Positions 37,317 to 48,730 of a stretch of DNA of 64,000 bases are shown one piece after another; position 1 is the stretch's first letter, and each line of letters opens with the position of its first letter. The notes beneath the pieces are model-generated. The model searched no databases. It saw nothing but the letters and a program-made list of their open reading frames with translations, and was not told the origin of the DNA. This stretch comes from Lama glama (Eukaryota). The translations under genes were made by a program, and so were the position numbers. The stretch covers positions 44,642,001 through 44,706,000 of the forward strand of contig CM052817.1 in NCBI GenBank assembly GCA_028534125.1, read 5' to 3'.

Positions 37317-39906
37317 AAAAGTATGTGATAATATGAATTATGTTGGAAACTGAGGTTTTGATATCAACTTAATTTTGGTGTTTGTACCTATAGTTAATGA
37401 AAAGTTAATATAACAGAGAAGCAGACATAATATACAAAGAAGTCTAGATAATATTTAATGTATAACAACACATGACAAGTATTATTTGCTTTTCAGTGGT
37501 GACTTCCTCTGTAGGGCTCAAAGACAAAAAAAAAGTAAAATCTCATTTTTATGTAATGATGCTATTTTAGTGGAAACAAAAGGTTTCATATACAAAATGA
37601 AAATATATGGTAAACACTGTCAGATTCTTAAGAGTAATTTATGCGATTTTCACTGGGTTTCCTTTTGCAGATTAATTTATAAATTAAGAAGAAATGGTGA
37701 AATTTTGGCTTTTCTTTCACTGAGTTTTCAAATATGTATACTTATTTAAATAAAATCCTAAGTAAATAGTTTTTCTGAATATTGTTTTTTGTGGCAATTA
37801 TGACCTTGGTCCTGATTCATTTTGCAAAAAATGGAATTTCACAGAATCAACATTTGATTTTAAAAGTAATGAAGCTAACAACAGAAGGCAAAGGAAATTA
37901 AGAACAAGGGAAGCAGTGAAGAACAGAACTCAGTGCTTGTAGACTGATGAAACCTCTCATTTACATCATCACCAAAAATATTTAAGTCATAAATATCTAA
38001 TGAAAATCAAGATACAATCTAAAAAAAAGAACATGCAGAACTTCATTTGATGGCTATTCAGTGTAGCAACTGATAGGCCAGGATTGGAATAACTTTTTTC
38101 CCCATCTTCCATTGCTCAGAATCAAAGAATGCATCCTTATTTTCAGAAGTAAGGACATAGAGGCCATGAAAAGGTTAAATAATCTGACCAGATGACTCCT
38201 GCAAGCAGCATAAGTGGGCATTAAATTAAAATCATCAGACACTTAGGAATGGATTCTCAGTTTAAGGTAGGTCATTTGCATAATTCTGGCAAAAAGACAA
38301 CTTTCTATGTAACCAACATTGCTAATTCATAAGGATAACTTCCGTTTGGGCATGTGATTTGGACCCAAACTCTAATTAGAGAATGAAATTGGACCCTCTT
38401 TCCTCTCCAGGGAGAGAAAAACAACCCTATCTCCTCAAGCTGCTGACAGTGGAAGGGACTAAGACCATGTCTTAGTATTATTATGAAAATGGATTTGATC
38501 TTGTAGACCCAAAAGGGTCTCAGGGACTCCACAAGATCCCCAAACTACACTTTGAGAATTGCTGCCTTAACCAGATACAGCCATACCTGAAGCTATCCCA
38601 CTCTTACCAGCATGGTAAGCCTATAAACACATATGTATTTTTTCCTTAAACAGCTGGAGTTGGGTTTCTGTTACTTGCAACTACAAGCGTTCAGAGTAAA
38701 CACAATGAAACCCTTCATGGATCTTCAGGGTTTAGGAAAAAGTTTAGGGAAGCTTAGTGTCGTCTCACAGAGGGGGCTTCGAAACTTGTTTTCTCTCTTT
38801 CTATTTCTTCCCGCCTTCTATCTGCCTCTGACTTAGAATTACTTCTACTCTTTTTTATCAAGTACTTCCTTCAAGAGAAATAGATCCAACACAGCTCACA
38901 ACTTTACTTTCTGTCTTTATATGAAAAATTCCCATTGTTGTAATTAAGTTCATGTTACTCTATTTCTGTGTTCTGTGGAGCGAGGGCAGAAAAATTTCTC
39001 AATCATATTGCCTCTCCTCTTTGTCTGGCGTGCCTGTACCAAACTCTTTTAAATGTCATTTGCCTAATCACTCTTTTGACTTAGGAATTATGCATCATTC
39101 TATTTGTTAAGACCACTTAAGGGAAAATTAATCTGTTCATTTTCAAAATTCTCATTTCTTGATTTTAATTTTTCACAGTAACCCATATCTTTATCTCTTT
39201 TAGAACCTTAAATGCTAAAATGTGATTTTTTAACTTACTGGATTTTTTGAATGCCTTTAAATTTAATATTTCAAAGATTGAAAATGTCACAGCTCTGAAA
39301 ATAAAAACTAAAGTCAGAGTGACATCTAGTGGTTCTTCTGGCTCACTAAATAACCATGAAAGTAACTGTAGACAACGTGTTGTTAAACTGTAGGTTTGGA
39401 AGGTTATTTAGTCTTTTTCAGAAAGAGCATCTCAGAACCACTCAAATAGGCAGAAATCAACCTTATTTTAAAGTTTGCACAATTTCTCTAGGCAACCTTT
39501 CAGAACCAAAAAGAATCATCTCCACATTTGTCTCTTTCTTAGGACCGAGAAAAGCCTCCCCAGCTGACCTTCCCTCACTGCTAAATACTAAGAAACCTCA
39601 CCTGAAAACAGCCACTTGAAAGAGAACTGAAAGCCCAAAGATTAGTTTAAAATCATCAGGATGCACCTGCTAGAACTTCGCCTGCAGCAATGTCATGGCT
39701 CTGCAGAATGTTGTGTTGAATACACAAAGTGGGATTCTCTGAGAAAGGAGGAAAGAGAAATGGATGCTGGGCATGCAGATTACAGCATCTGCTTCACCAA
39801 CCGTCCTAAGGACTGTCACAAACTATGAGAGCACAAACAATTCAAATCTTTCAGGAATGATGGAAATGTTGTGTCCCGATTGACACAGTAGCTTCACAGG
39901 TGTATA

Positions 39907-40129
39907 CAATTGACCCTTGAGCAGCATGAAGGTTAGGGGCACAGATCCCCCCTCCACCCCACAGTTGAGAATCTGTATGTAAGTTTACAGTCAGCGCTCT
40001 GTTTCTTCGATTTTGCATCAAGGATTTAACCGACCACAGATCATGTAGCACTATAGTTTATTACTAAAAAAAAAAATGTGTAAAAGTGGACCTGCACAGT
40101 TCAAACACTTACTGTTCAATGGTCAAATG
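39907..40129. mobile_element. Tigger2-family MITE (MER8-like) with TA target duplications, nested in an L1 3' fragment
   Basis: TIRs CAATTGACCCTTGAGCAG...CTGTTCAATGGTCAAATG flanked by TA on both sides. Confidence 0.8.
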
Positions 40130-40239
40130 TATCCATCAAAACTCATCAAATGGTATGCTTTTTATTAAATAAATGCAGTTTATTGAACAGAAATTATACC
40201 TCGATAAAGTTAGTTTAAAAAAACTCAAGGATTCCGTCG

Positions 40240-40670
40240 ACAGATGAATTTATAATACATAATGGAATTATTATAATATATATAATAATAATGGGATATT
40301 ATTCAACCTTAAAAAGGAAGGCAATTCTGACACACACTACAACATGGGTTAAACTTGAGGATGCTCTGCTATGTGAAATAAGCCAGTCACTGAAGGACAA
40401 ATACCGTATGATTCCATTTATATGAGGTACCTTGAATAGTCAAATTTATAGAGACAAAAAGTAGAATGGTGGTTGCCAGGGCATGGGGGAACAGTGAATA
40501 GAGAGTTAGAGTTTATTGGGTACAGAGTTCAGTTTGGGAAGATGAAAAAGTTCTGGAGGCAGATGGTGGCAACAGTTGTAAAACAAGGTGAATACATTTA
40601 TCTGAACTATACACTTAAAAATGATTAAAATGTTAAATTTTGTTTTGTATATTTTGCTACAATAAGTTTT
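40240..40670 (+). mobile_element. L1MB-like 3' end
   Basis: ATTCTGACACACACTACAACATGG...GTGAAATAAGCCAGTCAC...GTAGAATGGTGGTTGCCAGGG. Confidence 0.85.
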
Positions 40671-42769
40671 TAAAAAGTATTTGTAAAAGGTAAAGAAACA
40701 CTGAAAAGTATGACACTATGATTAATCAGTACATCACTTCACCATGCTGAGCATGGTTGTGGGTGAGTGTCACAAAAACTGCAGGAGGCATAAAGAACCA
40801 AATAATAGTAATACCCAATAGCAGAAACTAAATATTACATGTCTGGCAAACGTTGTAACTGTTATGGGAGTTATCATAGTAAGTTATTGTGTTTAAAAAC
40901 TGGGAGAAACATATCCACAAATTTATTGTTTATTTCCTAGATGAGACATAAAGAATCTTCTTAATAAGAACATAGCTCAACAGAAATAGCAGTGTTAAGA
41001 TCTCAAACAATAGATTGCTATGATAAAGAACATAAGTTTTCTTTATTTTGGAAGAGCCAGAGCCAGCTTCAAAGATACTAGTGACAAAGGTGACTGGCCT
41101 TTATGGCAGACATAGCCTAGAGGAGAAAAGGCAATCTGCTTTATTTTATTAGTTATTTGTCTTCGATCTCTTACTTCTATCCCTTTTTTTTCATTCTTCT
41201 GTAAACAAAGAATTTATCCTCAAAAAAACCAAACAAATTCAATATCATGAATTTTTTAAAAGCTCAACTCCTATCAGTGTCGGGGGGGGGTGGTGCGGGG
41301 AAGACAAAGGGATACAGAGGAACATTCTGGGGAGACGGAAATGTTCTACATCTTGATTGGAGTGCTGGTTACTCAGTGTGTATATTTCTTGAAACTTAAC
41401 CATCTGTACACTTAATATGAATGAACTTCATTGTAAGTGAAGGGTACATCAATAAAGTTGATTTAAAAAACCTCAATCAACTCTAAAGATTAAAAATATT
41501 CCTATACTTAGGATGGTATAGGAAAGTCTTTTAAAACTCGTTTCAAAAGTAACCCCAGATTAGAAATTGCTCATGTCCTCAGCTCCCCCTGTCAGGAAAT
41601 GCTTCTAGAAATCCAATCACAAAGGCCCTGGGGAAGCAGGTGGGTCCTTCCCTGGTCTATTTAAATGTCCATATATCCCACACTTCCTTCTCTTCCCTGA
41701 TTCACTTGTCTCCACAGCACTCACCATGGCCTAATATCTTAATTAGCACAGTGATTATTTGTGATCTGTCTCTCCCAACTAGGATGAGTTCCACGAGGGC
41801 AGGGTTTGGTCTGTTTTGTTCACTGATATTCCTGGCATGCAGTTGATGTTTAATAAATATTTGTTGAAATGACAAGAAAAGAAAAAGGAACGTTCTTGGT
41901 TCTCAGGGCCCACCATACAAATATTAAGACACCAACGGATATCACATATTAGGTAACTAAAAACTTTCCTTGCCATAGGAACACACTCAGGCTTTGATAG
42001 AATAAAACTTTAAAACAGAATAATTAAAAATTGCTTTCTGTCTAGCCACAAAACTTAAACCATTCATCTTTCCATTTAGTACTTACATTTCATTGCCTAT
42101 GAAAGTGCTTGATTCTATAGGTAATCTTAGATCTCTCCGAGTCAATAAATGGAATAATTTAAATTATAAGTACGATAAACAGCAATCTTTAGTGGTACTT
42201 AATACTAATTTGATTAAAACTTATAACTGTATTATACAACTTAGGATTTATTAATATTTCCAATCAATTTACACATTAAAAAGTTTTTTGTAGGTGTCTG
42301 TATAACGTGACGGCTGACAATATTAACGCGACAGGTTGCATCTATCACATTAGGCGGTTCTGGATTCCTTCCATTTGAGCACTAATTTGGACAGCACCGG
42401 GAGGTTTGAGTGTGTAATCACATAATCTGATAAATTCTATATTAGAGATGACGACAGAGAGCAACCGAAGCACAGAGGAGGAAACAACTCTCCGGAGGCA
42501 AAAGGGTCAGCTACCCTGAGAATATATCTGAACCTTGGAAAACATTCCGGACAGAGGATCGGCATAACCATAACCGAAGGCAGAGGTGTAAAATGTGAAT
42601 TCTGTTAAACGAGATAGTCAAAGGGGAACTGAGGGCGGGGTGGGGATGGAGGCAGCGTCAGAAGGCGGGGCAGGGGGGTTGGGGAGAGGCCTGACTGGCA
42701 CCGCTAAGACTGGGCTTGACTCTTGGGGAATGGGTAAGAACTGGGGAAGATCACTGGAGGAACAACTTC

Positions 42770-43760
42770 AAGAATAGCGCGGGGCGTTCGGGTGTGGGGC
42801 AAGAGTAGGACGTGGAGACCGATGAAGAGGCCGTAGAAAGAGAGGCCTTGGGGGGCAGAGAGAGCAAGTAGAGGCCAGAATTAGGGTTGTTTCCGGGGTA
42901 GGGTTGGCGGGACTTGGTGCCTGCTGCGTGCACGCCGTCCCCTTAGGGCTCCTGGGGTGGGGGAGGAGGACGGGGGGGGGAGTAAATGGCGCTCGGTTGC
43001 CCCGGCGACCGCGTCTGAGGGAGGAGTCGGGGGCGGCCCCGGGGGTATCCAGCACCCCTCCCCCTCCCCGGGCCTCACAGAGGTGCCCAACCGTTGCCCG
43101 TGCGGCTCGCGAGGAGCCGGCAGTGTCGGGAGCGCGCGGGAAGCGGCGCGGGGGTGGGCGGGGCAGCGTCCAGCGTCGCCGCCACCGAGGAGGAGCCGCC
43201 CCCGCCGCCGCCGCCGCCGCCTGGTCGACGCAGGTGCGGCCGCCGCGCCCGCCGGCGCCCCCGCCGGGATGGGGCCGGTCTCTTAGGATGAGGCGTAGGT
43301 CGCAGGTACATGGGCGGGCGCGACCCGGGGACCGGGTGAGGGGTAGTGGGTCGTTCTCCGCAGGGCCCGGAGCAGCGCGTCTTCATTTCCGGAACCTTCC
43401 AGACTTTTGTGTTTGTTTTGCACATGGTAGATGCCTAATAAATGTGTCTTTACCAGAACGGACTGCTGTTTTCGGGGACGGTGGCCGAACTCTGGGACCA
43501 AAGGGCTCTGTGCACAGTATCCATTTCGGTAGAAATAACTGGGGATCCTGTCCCAACAGTACTGCTAACTCCTGTTCCTACTCCTGGCGGCCAGGGAGGA
43601 GGGATGGGGAAGACAGAGAGATAAAGAGGACGGGTAGCCTTGGACAGGCTCGTCCAGGATGAGGTGATAGTAAATGCTGCGCGAGGGCCCGTTCAGCTGG
43701 AGCCCGCCCTGGAAGTGACTGCAGGAGCCTGGCTCTGTACGGTTAATCGGCATCAGTCAG
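42770..43760. promoter_or_regulatory. CCDC158: CpG island / CCDC158 promoter
   Basis: Abrupt GC- and CpG-rich segment with GC boxes (GGGCGG), a GCC repeat and G-tracts, upstream of the CCDC158 coding exons on the plus strand. Confidence 0.9.
43100..43233 (+). other. CCDC158: Putative non-coding exon 1 of CCDC158 (start approximate)
   Basis: Donor-like CAG|GTGCGG at 43233/43234 in the CpG island core. Confidence 0.55.
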
Positions 43761-44329
43761 AAACAAGGAGTTCTCAGATGAGTCCAGCCTCTTCCGCAAA
43801 ACTCTGTTCCAAGTCCCCACCGTGGTGGTTTTGTTCGTGCATCTTGTACTTTAAATCAAAGGAAAATGGAAGAAGAGTGAAGTCGGCGATTTCGTAGGCG
43901 GCTTCTTGCTTTATCAGCAGTTGATTCAGGAAGGAAAGTGCCAGTGCCTTCCACTATCTCAGAGATTAGCTGGGTGGGACTGTTTCTCTGTGTGTAAAGT
44001 CGTGGTGTGGGTAGGGGAGTGATGGGAGAGGTCTGGTCCTCCCACTTCTGTACCACGTTTATTGTCTTTTAATCTTGTACAGTTATCTTTATTTGTGTCA
44101 TGGGTAAAATGGTTTTTATGCGATAGAGATATTATTACACAACTAAATAGAGGGTAGAAATTGACAGTTTATTTGGTATGTGCAAAGCCCTTACTGTTGT
44201 GTTTTACGAAGAGGATTCCGTGTTGACTATCTACTATGTTAGGGCCACTTACTGTAATAATCCACAATTCATTAAATAGGGCCTCTGTGAGCCATCTGTT
44301 CCCAAGCTAAATGGCCCCAAATTATATGG

Positions 44330-44730
44330 TATAGTAGGCTGAATAAGGGCCACTCCGAAATACCAGGTCCTAATCCCTGAAACCTGTAAATGTGATAAGG
44401 AAAAAGGGTCTTTTCTTACAGGATTAAGTCAAAGATCTTAAATGAGCAGATTATCTGGGTGGGACCTAAATGCAAACGTAAGTGTCCTTATAAGAGGAAG
44501 GCAGAGAGGAGGAGGCAGTGTGACCACAGAGACAGATTGGAGTAATGGCAACAGCCGCCAGAAGCTGGAAGAGGCCAAGAATGGATTCTATCCTACAGCT
44601 TCTAAAGGGAGCACAGCCCTGTGACACTGACTTTAAATTTCTGGCGCTGGAGATGTGAAAGAATAAATAGCTCTGGTTTTAGGCCACCAAGCTTGTGGTA
44701 ATTTGTTACGGTGACTGTAGGAAACTATAT
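44330..44730 (+). mobile_element. MaLR solo LTR (MLT1C/D-like)
   Basis: GTAGGCTGAATAAGGGCC...GTCCTAATCCCTGAAACCTGT...CCAGAAGCTGGAAGAGGCCAAG...GTGGTAATTTGTTAC. Confidence 0.8.
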
Positions 44731-45579
44731 GGTTATGCTTATAAGTCACATAGAATCAATCCTGTATTGATGAATATTTTAAAGTTCTCTAGCTGGGGCA
44801 GTGGCAAGTATAGTAGCAGAGACCATTAAATATTTTCCTGAGCCCTGTAAATCCTAAGGAAGAGATTTGAACAAAGGGTTTGATGAGAAGAGAAAATAAA
44901 TTAGGTGCAAAAGAAAGAGGTAGTCTAGCACTTAAAGCAATTTTAAAACTTTCATTGTATTCCTATTAATACATCACTGTGTTTGCTCTAGTTAAGAGAA
45001 TAAAGGTACAAAGTGACTTAAGCTTGGTCCTTAGCTAAGATGTTATTGAGTATCTACCATGTGTATATCAAATAAGAGTTGCAGACACCTGGGGATTGAG
45101 TTCCAGGCTCAATCCAGGGGAAAAGAGACCATGCAAAGGTGCTTCCATGTGAGGGGATGTTAAAATCTGGCCCAAAATAGCCTCGCATCATCTTGAAATG
45201 AAGACACTTTGGAATTTTCAGTGTGCAGGAAAAAACCAGGGGTTCAGATTTAATTGGTTAACTTCTGGGTACCAGGCAGCTAATTTGCACCCCGATTCTT
45301 ACCCCACAAAGTATCAAAAAAATGTATATAGACTAGCCAATCAGCTTTCTTTTTGAACTGTTTTTTGAAGCATAATTTGCACACTGTAAAATTCACCAAT
45401 GTTAAGTGTAGAATCCAGTGATTTTTCGTAAATTTTGAATTGTGCAATCATCACCACAATTTAGTTTCAGAACATTTCCATCATCCCATGAAGATCCCTG
45501 GCACCCATTTGTAGTCAATCCCCATTCCCAATCCACTTATGATCTCTGGCCTACTTTAGAGTTAGGTTTTAGTCCCTCT

Positions 45580-47130
45580 ACTGCTACTCCAGTGGCCTCA
45601 CAGCTGGTCCCTGCTTCTACTCAGTGTATTTCCCATCCTCCAATGGCTTTCCATTGCAATTAGAATAAATCCCAAAGTCTTTAGTATGGCCTTTTCAAGG
45701 TCCTGTGAGCTCTACCTCCTGCCAACCTCACCAGCAGCTTTTCAGGATAATTTAGGGAAGGAATTGGCAATAAGCACGGGGTTCCTTAGGACATAGTACC
45801 CAGTGGGCTGTCCATAAGCAGACCTCTCATCCTTCCAAGACTATATGCAGCCTCACCAGCCACCTGCCTGTCAGTCAGTGAACACTGAGCCCTTCTCATC
45901 CCAGGACCCATGCACGTGGTACTTCCTCTTAGGATCTTCACCAGTCCTCTGCGGGGCTGAGTGCTGTTTGTCATCCAGCTCACATGTCACCCCAGAAAGT
46001 CCTTCCCTGACCTCCCCTAGCTAAGTATCCTCAACTCCTTTTCATCATTGCACTTGACCACTCTCCAGAATTGTATTTTTGATTTGTTTCTTTATTGTCT
46101 CTCTTTCTCTGTTAGAATATAAGATCTGTGAGGGTAGAAACTGGGTTGGTCTTGATCTTAAATAGCTCCAGCTCTAGTACTTATAGAAGCACTATTCATA
46201 GCAGCAATACATTGTAAACAGCAATAATTAATGATTACCAGATGCCTACTATGTGCCAGGCCCTGTGCACAGCGCTTTGTATGCATGAATGATTTAATTG
46301 AAACTTAACTACTTTTGATGAGGGAAGAGTTAGGGGAACATTTCCTCCAAATATAGCCCCCTACATTAAATTATATTTCTCAGAGGCATTGGGCAGTTTT
46401 CTTTCTCTTGTTGTTAAAATGTTAATTTTTAAAGATTGGATCAATGTACATTCCTACCAGCTAGCTAGTATTGAACCTCTTTCTCCACATCCCTAAAAAC
46501 TAAACTATGAAAGTTTTTGCTAGGAAGAAAGGAGGAAGGAAAAGAAGGGTATAAATAAAAGCAGAGCCCTTAAAGAGCAGGACATGCTCAGGACACAGCA
46601 AGTAGACTTGGACTGGGGCACAGTATGTGTCAGGGAGTGAAAATGGAGATGAAGCTAGGAGGCTGGGTACACATGGTAGAGAGCTTTGAGTGCCAGTCTT
46701 AGTTCAAACCTTCGGCTTTGTGCAAAGTTAAGGCAAATGGCTCTGATTTTAAAGAAAGATTGTATGAAACTGAAACTAGAAGAATCATTTTGAGGTATTC
46801 TGTAGCAGTCTAGCAAGAGTTCATTAAAGCATGAAAGAATACAATAGGGCTAACATTAACAAAGTTGCATATTCAAAGATTCCTTCCTTATGATTGCATT
46901 GAAGTCTCCTTCACTGAGTTAGTTAAAAGATATTACAGAGATAGACTCAGCATAGTGTGGAGTGTGAATGGATGAAGAACAAATAAAGACTCTGAAATGC
47001 CTAACTTGGGAAGTTGAGTTTATGGCGTCTCTGAACACACCCTAGAAAACAGGTTAGGTGGGAATGTGAAGGGACCAGATTCAGGGTAAGATGAATTTAA
47101 GGTGACTGTAAACATACACGCAGAAGTGTT
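45580..47130. mobile_element. Cluster of degenerate L2, MIR and L1 fragments
   Basis: L2-like CTCCAATGGCTTTCCATTGCA.TTAGAATAAA..., TAGAATATAAGATCTGTGAGGG; MIR-like CCTACTATGTGCCAGGC. Confidence 0.55.
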
Positions 47131-48282
47131 AAAGAACAGATGCTCATTAAAATTTATCTAGAGCCCCAGTTTTTTTTAGCAAAAGAGCATGAAACTTGCT
47201 GGAAGATGGAATTGTCCCTGTCTGGCTTGCTGGTGACTGAAATCACTTGTGAGAAGTCATTGTGGTTTTGGTCATCTATTTGCTGAATGTTCTCCATACA
47301 AAATCACAGAGTGTCCAGGTTGGAGACGATTTTACAGATCTTCTAGTCCAGCACTCTGCCCAAGAGAGGCCAGCCAGTGGTGGTTGTCATCCAAACAAAT
47401 GCTCATCTACTCTCAGCTTGAACAGCTCACAAGGAAGTCCACCAAGTATATATTTAACATGCTCTAGTTTTTGGAATGTCCATCTCCACCCTCAGCTAGA
47501 ACCTACCTCCCTTTACTTCTGCTCATTAGTCCTAATTCTACATATAGAGTATTGTCATTCTATTTTTTTCAGTTGAGATATAATTGATATATAACATATC
47601 AGTTTCAGGTGTATTACATAATGTTTTCATGTTTGTATTGTCATTCATTTTTCTAGTGAGGCATCTGCTCATGTAGAGTCCCCTGAGATATTCCAAAAAT
47701 CCTAGTTGTTTATCTTAGTTCCATTACTTAAAATTTATAGACCTATATCTGATTTAGATGGAAGTTCCTCTACCCAGTAACTTTTCTGACCAAGCACAAG
47801 ATCTGTTTTCTGGTCAAAGCATCTCTAAGCAGGGTAAAACAGTTTAAATGGTCAGAGACATTCAGGGATCTATTTAAGTCAGTATGAGCTGTACCTGGAG
47901 AAAGGTCAGATCTGGGAATGTAGATATGGGGGGCTTGTAGGTTTACTTGCTACGTTATCTTGATAATGTCAGTGAGACCTGTACCGACAAGATTGGCATT
48001 GGACCAGCAGGGAGCATATAATTGAACATGTTCTGATGTACAAACATAGCCTAGATTAAGTGCCATAGGCTATTAATTAAAATACATTTTCATATGCAAA
48101 ATAAGCTAAAGGAAAAAGATTTAAAGTTTTGTTGCTGTTGCTGTGGTGTTTTAGGTGTTGTCAAGATCTTAAGTGATGAAAATGAACTTGTGACTTGATT
48201 GAACTTTTTAAAAATAATAAATTTCAGGTAATGAAGTATTAAATATTAAAAAGCAGATTTTAAAATATTTTATGTTTTTCAG

Positions 48283-48325
48283 GTGTTAATAGGATAAGTG
48301 AAAATAAGAATATCCAGATATTAAG
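48283..48325 (+). other. CCDC158: Putative 43-bp 5'UTR exon of CCDC158
   Basis: Acceptor TTTTATGTTTTTCAG| and donor AAG|GTATTT in unique sequence between repeats. Confidence 0.55.
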
Positions 48326-48612
48326 GTATTTCTTATTTTACTTTTGGGTTATATTTAACAATTGTGAATATATACAGCTGATACACTAATCTGTATCTAA
48401 TTTTAGAGCTTGAAGTCTTGAACTTGATGAATGCCTAGGCTGGAATATCTGAAATGATAAAATTACGAGGGATTTATCTCTGTGTTTTTCAAACTCTGCT
48501 CAGTGGAGCCTTCTGCAATCTATAAAGGTGTTTCAAGGGCAGAGAGGAGGGTGTGCAGTCTGGGATTTGAAGATTCAAAGAAAGGCTTCCACTGCTTAAA
48601 AAAAGTTTGGAA

Positions 48613-48730
48613 TGCAACAATAAATATATGTATGCTCATGTATAACTGAAAAATTGTGCTCTACCCTGGAAATTGACACAACATTGTAAACTGACTATAA
48701 CTCAATAAAATAAAATTTTTTAAAAAAAGA
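48613..48730 (+). mobile_element. Young, extremely 5'-truncated L1 tail with 15-bp TSD
   Basis: ATAACTGAAAAATTGTGCTCTAC..GGAAATTGACACAACATTGTAAACTGACTATAACTCAATAAA; TSD AAAAAAAGTTTGGAA at 48598-48612 and 48731-48745. Confidence 0.88.

Noticed and set aside
42904..43662. 252-aa ORF and overlapping ORFs in the CpG island
   Set aside because: Non-ATG start, low-complexity R/G/A/P composition and ORFs in several frames; expected from GC-rich, stop-poor DNA.
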